Source of the DNA: an uncultured Gammaproteobacteria bacterium
Lineage (GTDB): Bacteria; Patescibacteriota; Patescibacteriia; Patescibacteriales; UBA12465
Length of the DNA stretch: 64,000 bases
Direction: 5' to 3'
Assembly (NCBI GenBank): GCA_964470695.1
Contig: CAYYDR010000001.1
Span: 75,405-139,404, forward strand
The translations under genes and the position numbers were made by a program. The notes beneath the pieces were generated by a model that was not told where the DNA came from, searched no databases, and was given only the letters and a program-made list of their open reading frames with translations. Shown piece by piece: positions 1 to 11,976 of the stretch (its first letter is position 1; each line of letters starts with the position of its first letter).

Positions 1-172
1 GTCATTTCCTATACTATAATCACTAATTTAATAATCACTTTTAATAAAAACCCGCGGATTTTATAGCTTTCTACTCAAGATTGCTAAAGGTGGCCGAGGG
101 ACTCGATCTAAAAAAATCGGGTTAAGGAAGCTTTTTTTATTTTTTACAATAAAATTGGCAGCCTAAATATAT

Positions 173-1444
173 ATGGAAGACAAAAATCAGGAGCTAAGCG
201 GTGAATTTGCTAAGCTCTTAGAACAGGACAATATTAAAATCCCACAAGTCGGCGATATTGTTAAAGGCCGAGTAGTAGCCGCCTCTAAGTCGGAAGTTAA
301 ACTAGACGTAGACGGTATTTTGATGGGAATTATCAGGGGTCCAGAACTTTATAATGAAGTTGAAGAGTTTGCTAATTTAAAGCCGGGCGATGAAATAGAA
401 GCCGCGGTTATCAGTGCTGAGAACGAAAACGGAGAATTAGAATTATCTTTCCGTTTAGTTGGTCAGGAAAAAGCTTGGAACAAATTACGCCAGGCTCTTA
501 AAGATAAGAGCACGGTTAAAGTTAAAATTGTTGATGCTAATAAGGGCGGTTTACTCAGCCGTTATTGCCAGATTGATGGCTTCTTGCCAGTTTCTCAGTT
601 AGCCCCAGACAACTATCCTCGTATTTCTGGCGGTGATAAGAGTAAAATTTTAGAAAAATTAAAATCTTTTGTCGGTTCGGAATTTGAAGTAACCATTATT
701 ACTTTGAGTGAGGAAGATAATAAGATTATTTTCAGTGAAAAGGATGTTTGGAATAAGAGACAGAAGCCAGCCTTAGATAAATATACTATTGGTATGCCAG
801 TTGATGGCCGCATTACCGCGATTACTAACTTTGGCGTCTTCGTTTCTTTCGGTGAAAATATTGAAGGTTTAATCCATATTTCGGAATTAGCTTGGCAGAG
901 AATTGATTCTCCAAGCGAGATGTATAAGGTCGGCGATAAGATCAAAGCGGAAATAATTTCTATTGATGGCACTAAAGTTTTCTTAAGCGCTAAGAAATTA
1001 TTAAAAGATCCTTGGCTTGAAGCCAGCGCTAAATATAAGATTGGCCAGGTTGTTTCCGGTATTATTTTAAAGGTTAATCCCTTCGGATTATTTGTTAAGC
1101 TTGATGATGAAATCCATGGTTTAGCTCATGTCAGCCAACTTAATTTTGGGGCGGCGGAAAAAATTACTGATTTATTCCAGCCTAATGAAGTTAAGGATTT
1201 TGAAGTGGTCAGCATTTCTCCGAGTGAGCATCGTCTCGGTTTGAAATTAGCCGGTGATAAGACTACTAAGTCTGCTAAGGCCAAGTCAGCTGAGGTAGCC
1301 GATGAAGCTAAAGCTGAGGAGACCGAAGCGGTTAAGACTGAGACAGCTAAGGAGAAGCCAGCTAAGGCTAAAAAGACTGAATCAGCTGAAGTCGGTGAGG
1401 AGAAGAAAGAAAAGAAAGCCAAGACTGTAAAAAAGACTAAATAA
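173..1444 (+). CDS. rpsA: Ribosomal protein S1-like RNA-binding protein with tandem S1 domains and a Lys/Ala/Glu-rich C-terminal tail
   Basis: 423-aa ORF with repeated S1/OB-fold motifs (GDIVKGRV, GLIHISEL, GLAHVSQL). The last ~70 aa are low-complexity K/A/E. Confidence 0.8.
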   Translation: MEDKNQELSGEFAKLLEQDNIKIPQVGDIVKGRVVAASKSEVKLDVDGILMGIIRGPELYNEVEEFANLKPGDEIEAAVISAENENGELELSFRLVGQEKAWNKLRQALKDKSTVKVKIVDANKGGLLSRYCQIDGFLPVSQLAPDNYPRISGGDKSKILEKLKSFVGSEFEVTIITLSEEDNKIIFSEKDVWNKRQKPALDKYTIGMPVDGRITAITNFGVFVSFGENIEGLIHISELAWQRIDSPSEMYKVGDKIKAEIISIDGTKVFLSAKKLLKDPWLEASAKYKIGQVVSGIILKVNPFGLFVKLDDEIHGLAHVSQLNFGAAEKITDLFQPNEVKDFEVVSISPSEHRLGLKLAGDKTTKSAKAKSAEVADEAKAEETEAVKTETAKEKPAKAKKTESAEVGEEKKEKKAKTVKKTK

Positions 1445-1460
1445 TCAAAATACGCCAATA

Positions 1461-1487
1461 AAAATGCCCGTTACGCGGGCATTTTTA
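1461..1487 (+). terminator. Intrinsic terminator after rpsA
   Basis: Hairpin ATGCCCG-TTACG-CGGGCAT followed by a T-run. Confidence 0.7.
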
Positions 1488-1490
1488 TAA

Positions 1491-1519
1491 TTGCTAATTT
1501 GTGATTTTTGTCTTATAAT
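1491..1519 (+). promoter_or_regulatory. Sigma70-like promoter for ftsH
   Basis: TTGCTA (1491-1496), 17-nt spacer, TATAAT (1514-1519). Confidence 0.5.
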
Positions 1520-1544
1520 TAAGACAAGAATTAATCATAAACAC

Positions 1545-3371
1545 ATGAAAAAATTAATTAAAAATTTTCTTTTATTTTTTATCGTCTTCTTAATGATAGC
1601 CGCCTTGTTTAGCTTATGGGCCGGAGAATCGGTTAAGCGGGAGACGGTCGGCCTAGAGACTTTTATTAGTCAAATGAAGTCTGACCAGGTCAGCGAGGTG
1701 GTTGTTATTGGCAATAAGATGAACGTAACCTTAAAAGATGGTCGCCAACAATTAGTCCAGAAAGAATCGGCCCAGCCTTTATCCGCTCTCTTGGAAAATT
1801 TTCAGGTTGATCCTAATAAAATTTCGGCGGTTAAAATTTCGGTAGCTGATGAAAGCGGTTGGGATTACTGGTTAACTAATATTATTCCGATTGTTTTGCC
1901 ATTCTTGTTAATCGGTGTGTTTTTATTTTTCATGATGCGAGGGCTTCAAGGCGCTAATTCTCGCGCTATGAGTTTTGGCCAATCAACTGCTAAAGACTTT
2001 AAGCCGGATGAAAAGAATAGAACAACTTTTAAAGACGTGGCTGGAGCTAAGGAGGCTAAAGAAGAATTAAAAGAAGTAGTAGAATTTTTACGTTTTCCGA
2101 AAAAATTTCATGAGCTCGGTGCTAAAATTCCGCGAGGCGTTTTATTATTAGGTGCGCCTGGTACTGGCAAAACGCTTTTAGCTCGTTCAGTAGCCGGAGA
2201 AGCGCAAGTGCCCTTCTTTCATATGTCGGGCTCGGAATTTGTAGAAATGTTTGTCGGCGTTGGCGCTTCCCGAGTTCGTTCTTTATTTGATAAAGCGAAA
2301 AAGAATGCGCCTTGCATTTTATTCATTGATGAAATTGACGCGGTCGGCCGCCGGCGCGGTTCTGGTTTAGGCGGCAGCCATGATGAAAGAGAACAGACTT
2401 TAAATCAGATATTAGTAGAGATGGACGGCTTTGAACCGACTCAAAATATTATTGTTATTGCCGCGACTAATAGACCAGACGTTTTAGACCCGGCGTTGCT
2501 TAGGCCGGGGCGCTTTGATCGCCGCGTGACTATTGATTTACCGGACTTAAAAGATAGAGAAGAAATATTGCTAGTTCATGCTCGCACTAAACCCTTAGCT
2601 AAGACGGCTGATTTAAGAATCATTGCCGAACGCACGGCTGGTTTTTCCGGAGCGGATTTAGCTAATATATTGAATGAGGCTGCCATACTAGCTGCCCGCA
2701 ACAATAAGAAGGAAATTGTTAATGAGGATTTATTTGAATCAATTGAAAAAGTGATGATAGGGCCAGAGCGGCGCAGCCGGGTTATTACTGACCATGAAAA
2801 GAAGGTTACTGCTTATCATGAAGCGGGTCATGCTTTAGTCGCCCATTTTTTGCCAGGGACTGATCCGGTCCATAAAATTTCTATTATTTCCCGCGGTAAT
2901 GCTGGTGGCTATACCCTGAAAGTTCCGGCCGAAGACCGTCATATGCACGCTAAGTCAGAATTTATTTCTGAAATTGCCGTTCTACTCGCCGGTCATTTAG
3001 TAGAAAAAGAAATATTTGGTGAGGTTACGACCGGGGCGACTTCTGACTTGCGCCGAGCGACGGCCGTGGCTCGCAGTTTAGTGACTGATTATGGTATGAG
3101 TGATAATCTGGGCCCGCGGACTTATGGTGAAAAAGAAGAAATGATCTTTTTAGGTAGAGAAATTCATGAGCAGCGTGATTATAGTGAAAAGGTAGCCGAG
3201 AAAATTGACGAGGAGATTGCCGGTTTTATTAAGCAGGGTGGTCATAAGGCTTCAGAAATAATTAGCTCGCAAAAAGACAGTCTGGAAAAAATAGTCGCGG
3301 CTCTCTTAGTTAAAGAGACGATTGAAAAAACAGAATTTGAAGCTATTGTCGGGCCTAAACCGCTTGCCTAA
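1545..3371 (+). CDS. ftsH: ATP-dependent zinc metalloprotease FtsH
   Basis: N-terminal TM segments, Walker [12 protein letters not shown] second region of homology, zinc motif HEAGHA. Start moved to the ATG at 1545 (MKKLIKN); the upstream part of the tracked ORF overlaps the promoter. Confidence 0.95.
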   Translation: MKKLIKNFLLFFIVFLMIAALFSLWAGESVKRETVGLETFISQMKSDQVSEVVVIGNKMNVTLKDGRQQLVQKESAQPLSALLENFQVDPNKISAVKISVADESGWDYWLTNIIPIVLPFLLIGVFLFFMMRGLQGANSRAMSFGQSTAKDFKPDEKNRTTFKDVAGAKEAKEELKEVVEFLRFPKKFHELGAKIPRGVLLLGAPGTGKTLLARSVAGEAQVPFFHMSGSEFVEMFVGVGASRVRSLFDKAKKNAPCILFIDEIDAVGRRRGSGLGGSHDEREQTLNQILVEMDGFEPTQNIIVIAATNRPDVLDPALLRPGRFDRRVTIDLPDLKDREEILLVHARTKPLAKTADLRIIAERTAGFSGADLANILNEAAILAARNNKKEIVNEDLFESIEKVMIGPERRSRVITDHEKKVTAYHEAGHALVAHFLPGTDPVHKISIISRGNAGGYTLKVPAEDRHMHAKSEFISEIAVLLAGHLVEKEIFGEVTTGATSDLRRATAVARSLVTDYGMSDNLGPRTYGEKEEMIFLGREIHEQRDYSEKVAEKIDEEIAGFIKQGGHKASEIISSQKDSLEKIVAALLVKETIEKTEFEAIVGPKPLA

Positions 3372-3436
3372 TTTGACTAATACTGGTTTTAAGTTATACT
3401 GGAAATGTAATAATTTATCTTAATTAATAAATTAAT

Positions 3437-3637
3437 ATGGCTAATCCTAAGAAAAGAAAGACCCATGCTGCTACCCATAAAGGGCGCGCTCATTTAGCTT
3501 TGAAAAAAGTTGTTTTGAACAAATGTCCGAAATGCGGTAAAGCGGTTAAACCTCATACAGCTTGTGCTATTTGTGGTACTTATAAAGGCAAAGAGGTTCG
3601 CAAAATCAAAATAAAAGCAGTAGCTAAGAAAAAATAA
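3437..3637 (+). CDS. rpmF: 50S ribosomal protein L32
   Basis: 66 aa with a basic N-terminus (PKKRKT) and CPxCG...CxxCG zinc-ribbon pattern. Confidence 0.8.
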   Translation: MANPKKRKTHAATHKGRAHLALKKVVLNKCPKCGKAVKPHTACAICGTYKGKEVRKIKIKAVAKKK

Positions 3638-3640
3638 TTT

Positions 3641-4153
3641 ATGTCGAATCGGCATTTAGCGCGCACTATCGCCCTGCAAACCCTGTTTGCTTGGGATTTT
3701 AATGGTCAAAAAGATGGCGATATTGAGCATCTAATCGCTGATAATTTTTCTAATTTTGCTCCTAATTTTGATGACGGCGGTTTTGTTAAAGATTTGGTAG
3801 TCGGCGTCAGGGATAATTTATCTGTTATTGATAAGTATATTATTAAGTACGCGACTGAATGGCCTCTTGATCAAATTACGACTATTGACCGCAATATTTT
3901 ACGTTTAGGAATTTACGAATTAGTCTATACTGTTATCCCGCCTCGCGTAGCTATTAACGAAGCGATTGAAGTGGCTAAGAGTTTTGGCGGCGATGCCTCT
4001 GGTAAATTTGTTAATGGTGTTTTAGGTGCTTTATATAATGATGAGCCAGAAATCCAAAAGAGAGACAATAAAGAAGAAGTAGAAGCGGCTAAAAAAGATG
4101 TTTCTCCTGCCGGCGTAGAAGATAGCCAGCCGGCGGTAAATGACGGCGCCTAG
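3641..4153 (+). CDS. nusB: Transcription antitermination factor NusB
   Basis: N-terminal RHLAR..ALQ.LF pattern and DRNILRLGIYEL typical of NusB. Extra acidic C-terminal tail. Confidence 0.85.
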   Translation: MSNRHLARTIALQTLFAWDFNGQKDGDIEHLIADNFSNFAPNFDDGGFVKDLVVGVRDNLSVIDKYIIKYATEWPLDQITTIDRNILRLGIYELVYTVIPPRVAINEAIEVAKSFGGDASGKFVNGVLGALYNDEPEIQKRDNKEEVEAAKKDVSPAGVEDSQPAVNDGA

Positions 4154-4172
4154 TTGAGGCGCCGTGTTTTAT

Positions 4173-4871
4173 ATGAATACTAATGATTTAACAAAACTTC
4201 AGAAACGATTAGGCGTTAAGTTTCAAGACGATAGTCTTTTAAAACAAGCCCTAGTCCACCGATCTTATTTAAATGAGCATCCGGATTTTGGCGTTGGCCA
4301 TAATGAACGCTTAGAATTTTTAGGCGATGCCGTGCTAGAAATCGTCGTGACGGAATTTTTATATCTTAACTTCGTAGATACTCCTGAAGGGGACTTAACT
4401 AACTGGCGCGCCTCTTTAGTTAATGCCAAAATGCTTTACGAGGTTGCTAAAGAATTAAATATAGAAGAGTGCTTATATCTTTCTAAAGGCGAATCGCGCG
4501 ATAAAAATAAAAAATCGCGGCAGTTTATTTTAGCTAATGCCGTGGAGGCAATTATCGGTGCTATTTATTTAAGCGAGGGGCTGGAAGCGGCCAAAAAGTT
4601 TATTTTGAAAAATGTTGTTTCTAAGCTTGATGATATATTGCGCAATCAGACCTACCTTGACCCTAAATCACATTTTCAGGAAAAGGCTCAGGAAACCAGA
4701 GGAATTACCCCTCATTATCAAATTATTGATGAGCGCGGACCGGATCATGCTAAAATTTTTACCGTCGGCTTATATTTAGATGAAGAGCAGATTACTCTCG
4801 GCGAAGGCTCGTCTAAGCAGGAGGCCCAGGTTGACGCGGCCGCTAAAGGCATTAAAAAAATGGGTTGGTAA
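4173..4871 (+). CDS. rnc: Ribonuclease III
   Basis: Signature NERLEFLGDAVLE plus a C-terminal dsRBD (GxGxSKQEAQ). ATG at 4173 preferred over GTG at 4164. Confidence 0.95.
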   Translation: MNTNDLTKLQKRLGVKFQDDSLLKQALVHRSYLNEHPDFGVGHNERLEFLGDAVLEIVVTEFLYLNFVDTPEGDLTNWRASLVNAKMLYEVAKELNIEECLYLSKGESRDKNKKSRQFILANAVEAIIGAIYLSEGLEAAKKFILKNVVSKLDDILRNQTYLDPKSHFQEKAQETRGITPHYQIIDERGPDHAKIFTVGLYLDEEQITLGEGSSKQEAQVDAAAKGIKKMGW

Positions 4872-4922
4872 AAAAATAAATTGGTAGAATAAAAAATAGG
4901 CTGGTAATTTTATTTTGTCTAT

Positions 4923-5981
4923 ATGGACATCAATAATCTCTTTAAATTAGCCGCGGAAAAGAAAGCTTCGGATATTCATCTTTTATTCGGGCACACGCCA
5001 ATGCTTAGGATAGATGGCTGCCTCTGGGACATTAATCAGATAGTAGTTAACGGGAATTTTACTAAATTGACGGCCAATAATTTAGCCTCTTTTGTTGACG
5101 CGATGCTTAATATTGAGCAGAAGTCGCGGCTGTTTGATAAGAGGGATTTAGACTTAGGCTATCAGGTAGAAAATTATCGTTATCGCGTTAATTTTTCTTA
5201 TGAGAGAAATAACTTAGCGATTGTTGCCCGCATTGTAAATGATGTCGTCCCTACTCTAGAACAGATTGGCATGCCGGAGGTAGTAGAAAAATTATTAGAT
5301 TTGCCTCAGGGTTTTATTTTGGTGACCGGTCCGACTGGCTGTGGTAAATCTACGACCCTGGCTTCTATGATTAATCATATTAACGCGACTCGCAGCGTTA
5401 ATATTATAACTTTAGAGGATCCGATTGAATATATTTTTTCCTCTGATAAAAGTATTATTGCTCAGCGCCAGCTCGGTTCTGATATGCTGACTTTCAGTAG
5501 CGGTCTTAAACATGTTTTGCGCCAGGACCCTAATGTTATCATGTTGGGGGAAATGAGAGATTTGGAGACCATCTCTACGGCCGTTACTTTAGCGGAAACC
5601 GGACACTTAGTCTTAGCAACTTTGCATACTTATAGCGCCGCCCAGACCATTGATCGTATTATTGATATTTTTCCGCCCTTCCAGCAGGCTCAAATTAAGT
5701 CGCAATTATCCAACGTTCTATCAGCGGTTATTTCACAGCGCTTACTACCGAGAAAAAGTGGCGGCCGCATTGCCGCTCGGGAGATTTTAGTTAACAATTC
5801 GGCGGTTGCTAATTTAATTAGAGAAGGGAAGGTTGCTCAGATTAAGAGCACTATAGAAACTGGTTCGTCTATTGGCATGGTTACTTTAGATAGACATATT
5901 AAACAGCTTTATCAGGCTGGCGAGATAGAGAGGGATGTTGCCTTAGCTCAAATGAGTGATCCACAGATGCTAGATAGTTAA
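4923..5981 (+). CDS. pilT: Type IV pilus retraction ATPase PilT (twitching motility protein)
   Basis: 352 aa, Walker A GPTGCGKSTT, Asp/His boxes (MLGEMRD, LVLATLHT). Size fits PilT rather than PilB. Confidence 0.85.
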   Translation: MDINNLFKLAAEKKASDIHLLFGHTPMLRIDGCLWDINQIVVNGNFTKLTANNLASFVDAMLNIEQKSRLFDKRDLDLGYQVENYRYRVNFSYERNNLAIVARIVNDVVPTLEQIGMPEVVEKLLDLPQGFILVTGPTGCGKSTTLASMINHINATRSVNIITLEDPIEYIFSSDKSIIAQRQLGSDMLTFSSGLKHVLRQDPNVIMLGEMRDLETISTAVTLAETGHLVLATLHTYSAAQTIDRIIDIFPPFQQAQIKSQLSNVLSAVISQRLLPRKSGGRIAAREILVNNSAVANLIREGKVAQIKSTIETGSSIGMVTLDRHIKQLYQAGEIERDVALAQMSDPQMLDS

Positions 5982-6005
5982 ATTTTACCCAATTTTACTT
6001 TTGCT

Positions 6006-6034
6006 AAAAATGGCCAAAATTAGGCCATTTTTTA
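6006..6034 (+). terminator. Intrinsic terminator after pilT
   Basis: Hairpin AATGGCC-AAAATTA-GGCCATT followed by TTTTT. Confidence 0.7.
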
Positions 6035-6049
6035 TATGTTTAAGGCCTC

Positions 6050-6077
6050 TTGACATAATTTTTAAAACAGCTATAAT
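6050..6077 (+). promoter_or_regulatory. Near-consensus sigma70-like promoter upstream of the 23S rRNA leader
   Basis: TTGACA (6050-6055), 16-nt spacer, TATAAT (6072-6077). Confidence 0.6.
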
Positions 6078-6186
6078 TGTTGTTAGTTTTAACAGGGCTG
6101 TAAAAGCTATAAAACATTATGCAAAAAGTGTGTTTAAACCATATTGATAAGCGATTCTAATTGATCAGCTATTTTGCGATTACTTA

Positions 6187-6210
6187 GAACCGCTAATAAG
6201 CGGTTTTTTT
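6187..6210 (+). terminator. Terminator-like hairpin inside the rRNA leader
   Basis: AACCGC-TAATAA-GCGGTT followed by TTTTTTT, about 130 nt after the 6050 promoter and about 160 nt before the 23S. Confidence 0.5.
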
Positions 6211-6369
6211 GCGCCCTGGGTACGTTAACAATCCATGTTAGAGTAAAGACATCAAATATATAAAGTAAATCTTGATATTTTATCCTTTGCATCTCAATTT
6301 TTCGTCCGAGAGCAGGGGGCTGTAGTAAAATATCAAAAAACACGCTTTTGTAGCTTTAAAAATAAAAGC

Positions 6370-9385
<3,016 letters not shown>

Positions 9386-9523
9386 TTTATTTTTAAGTAT
9401 TGCTGATTCTTTTTCTAACATAAATATTTTACAATGGTACCCATTAGTGGCTACGGCTGTTTCTGGGGTCTATATACTTATTAGATAATTATATATTTAG
9501 TAAGAGGAAAAAAGACACCATTG

Positions 9524-9640
9524 TTCTGGTGGTTTGAGCGGAGGGGTCATACCTGATCCCATCCCGAACTCAGAAGTCAAGCCCTCCAGCGCCGATGATA
9601 CTTGGGCCCGAGCCCTGGGAAAGTAGGTCGCCGCCAGAAC
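9524..9640 (+). rRNA. rrf: 5S ribosomal RNA
   Basis: CCTGATCCCATCCCGAACTCAGAAGTCAAGC and GGGAAAGTAGGTCGCCGCCAG motifs. An extended closing stem CACCATTGTTCTGGTGG / CCGCCAGAACAATGGTG is followed by TTTTTT. Confidence 0.95.
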
Positions 9641-9678
9641 AATGGTGTTTTTTAATTGGGGAAGTTATAATATTATCT

Positions 9679-11109
9679 ATGCCTCTTATTAAATCAATAT
9701 CCGGCATCCGCGGGACTATCGGCGGACAGCCGGGAGACAACTTTACCCCGATTGATATAATGAATAGCCTCTATGGCTATGGGGCTTTTATTAAACAAAA
9801 ATACCCTAACCAAAAAATAAAGATAATCATTGGTCGCGATAGTAGAATATCGGGGGAAATGGTTAAGAATTTAGTGGTCGGAGCTTTGATGAGCCAAGGA
9901 TTAGACGTTATTGATTTAGGTATGGCGACTAGTCCGACTGTAGAAATATCTGTCCTTAATCAAAAGGCTCAAGGCGGAATAATCATTACCGCCTCTCATA
10001 ATCCCCAGGGCTGGAATGCTTTGAAATTACTAAATGATCAAAGTGAAATTATTTCGGCTACTGATGGAAAAATAATTAATAATTTAATTGCTAAACAAGA
10101 ATTTGATTTCGTAACCGAGGATAAATTAGGAGTTTATATTTTTAATCCCTTTATAGCTCAAGAACATCTTGAGGCGGTAAAAAATTTTCCTTTAGTTGAC
10201 TCGGCTTTAGTTAAAACTAAAAATTTTAAAGTTGTTTTAGATGGGATAAATTCAGTTGGTGGCATGATTATTCCGGAATTATTGAAAGAGCTAGGAGTTT
10301 TAAATATTGTAGAATTAAATTGCGAACCAAATGGCCAGTTCGCTCATAAACCTGAGCCACTGGCAGGAAATTTAACCCAAATTTGCCAAGCCGTCTTAAA
10401 TAATAAGGCTGATTTAGGCATAGTTGTTGATCCAGACGTTGATCGTCTGGCTTTTATTGATGAAAATGGCCAGATGATTAGTGAAGAATATACTTTAGTA
10501 GCCGCTGCTGATTATGTTTTGAAAAATTATGATATTATAGAGGCGGCTTACCCCGGACAATATACTAAATCAACCGTTTCCAATCTTTCCTCTTCCCGTG
10601 CTTTAGCCGAAGTCGCTAAAAAATATAACGCGACATACGAGCCTTCAGCGGTTGGAGAAATTAATGTGGTTGAAAAGATGAAAAGCCTTAAATCGGTTAT
10701 TGGCGGAGAGGGCAGTGGCGGGATTATCTGTCCTCAGCTACACTATGGCCGTGATTCTTTAATTGGCATTGCTTTAGTTTTGAGCGCTTTAGCTAAAAGC
10801 AATCAGTCCACATCAGATTTTTTTAGGTCTCTGCCCCAATATTATATGGTAAAAGATAAAATTGAGTTGCCTTTAGGAATTGATATGCCCGGCTTATTAA
10901 CTAAATTACGACAAGACTATAAAGATAATGAAGGAGTGAGAATAACCGATATTGATGGTTTAAGGGTGGACTGGCCGGATTTTTGGGTCCATTTCCGGGC
11001 CTCTAATACGGAGCCAATTATCAGAATTTATGTGGAAGCTGATACCCGAAACAAAGCCGAAACTATCAACAGGGAAAGTAAATCTAAAATTTTGGCTTAT
11101 ATTAAATAA
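9679..11109 (+). CDS. glmM: Phosphoglucosamine mutase / phosphohexomutase family
   Basis: SGIRG N-terminal motif, active-site TASHNP, Mg-binding DPDVDR. The tracked ORF start at 9595 lies inside the 5S rRNA, so the start was moved to the ATG at 9679 (MPLIKSISGIRG). Confidence 0.85.
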   Translation: MPLIKSISGIRGTIGGQPGDNFTPIDIMNSLYGYGAFIKQKYPNQKIKIIIGRDSRISGEMVKNLVVGALMSQGLDVIDLGMATSPTVEISVLNQKAQGGIIITASHNPQGWNALKLLNDQSEIISATDGKIINNLIAKQEFDFVTEDKLGVYIFNPFIAQEHLEAVKNFPLVDSALVKTKNFKVVLDGINSVGGMIIPELLKELGVLNIVELNCEPNGQFAHKPEPLAGNLTQICQAVLNNKADLGIVVDPDVDRLAFIDENGQMISEEYTLVAAADYVLKNYDIIEAAYPGQYTKSTVSNLSSSRALAEVAKKYNATYEPSAVGEINVVEKMKSLKSVIGGEGSGGIICPQLHYGRDSLIGIALVLSALAKSNQSTSDFFRSLPQYYMVKDKIELPLGIDMPGLLTKLRQDYKDNEGVRITDIDGLRVDWPDFWVHFRASNTEPIIRIYVEADTRNKAETINRESKSKILAYIK

Positions 11110-11226
11110 TATAATCTAGTAAGACTAGTTTGCCCCCGAGCTTAAAAAATGCTAAAATATAAAGGAAATTTATCTAAGTTTCCTTTTTTTGTTAGTCTTT
11201 ATCTAATTATAGCCTAGCTTATTGTT

Positions 11227-11964
11227 ATGACTCGCATTGTTATTTTAGCGGCCGGTAAAGGGACGCGCATGGATTCGGAATTACCAAAGGTTCTCGTCCC
11301 GCTTAAGGGTCGGTCAATGATTAAGTATTTAATGGATTCTATTCTGGCCACTGGCATTGATACTCGTCCGATCATGGTTGTGTCTCCTGATAATAAAGAT
11401 CTTATCAGCCAGGAGTTAAGAGAATATCAGATTGATTATGTAATTCAAGACAAGCAACTAGGGACAGGACACGCCGTTAGCTGCGCGCGCGAAAAAATAG
11501 GCGCGGATGTTAAGAATGTTTTAGTTTTGTATGGCGACCACCCCTTTTTTAAAAGTGACTCCATCAAATATTGTTCGGCTGCTTGCCCTAAGGCCCTGCT
11601 CATGTTGACAACTAAACTCCCGGACTTTGCTGATTGGCGCCATAATTTTTATCATTGGGGCAGGATAGTGCGCGATGAGCTTGGTGAAATTATTAAGATA
11701 ACGGAATTTAAAGATGCGAGCGATGAAGAAAGAAAAATTACCGAAGTAAATCCCGCTGTGATGTGTTTTAATAAGGATTGGTTATTGAATAATTTAGATA
11801 GTCTTAACAATGATAATAAATCTCAGGAATATTATCTGACCGATTTAGTAAATATTGCTTTTGCCGCTGGATTACCGATAGAATCATTTAGCATAGAGGC
11901 CCACGAAGCCATGGGGGTTAATAGTTTGGATGAATTGCATATTGCCGAGAGTTTGTTAAATTAG
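11227..11964 (+). CDS. Sugar-phosphate nucleotidyltransferase, GlmU N-terminal-domain-like, without the acetyltransferase LbH domain
   Basis: ILAAGKGTRM...LPKVL signature. 245 aa, so only the pyrophosphorylase domain is present. Adjacent to glmM. Confidence 0.7.
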   Translation: MTRIVILAAGKGTRMDSELPKVLVPLKGRSMIKYLMDSILATGIDTRPIMVVSPDNKDLISQELREYQIDYVIQDKQLGTGHAVSCAREKIGADVKNVLVLYGDHPFFKSDSIKYCSAACPKALLMLTTKLPDFADWRHNFYHWGRIVRDELGEIIKITEFKDASDEERKITEVNPAVMCFNKDWLLNNLDSLNNDNKSQEYYLTDLVNIAFAAGLPIESFSIEAHEAMGVNSLDELHIAESLLN

Positions 11965-11976
11965 CAGAAGTTAGAT

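Noticed and set aside
613-1458. Antisense ORFs 613..972 and 1126..1458 inside rpsA.
   Set aside because: They lie opposite a well-supported S1-domain gene. Their sequences are low-complexity mirror images (S/A/L-rich) with no start signals. Typical shadow ORFs.
9595-9678. N-terminal 28 codons of the tracked glmM ORF.
   Set aside because: This part overlaps the 3' half of the 5S rRNA and its terminator stem. The conserved mutase N-terminus (MPLIKSISGIRG) starts at 9679.
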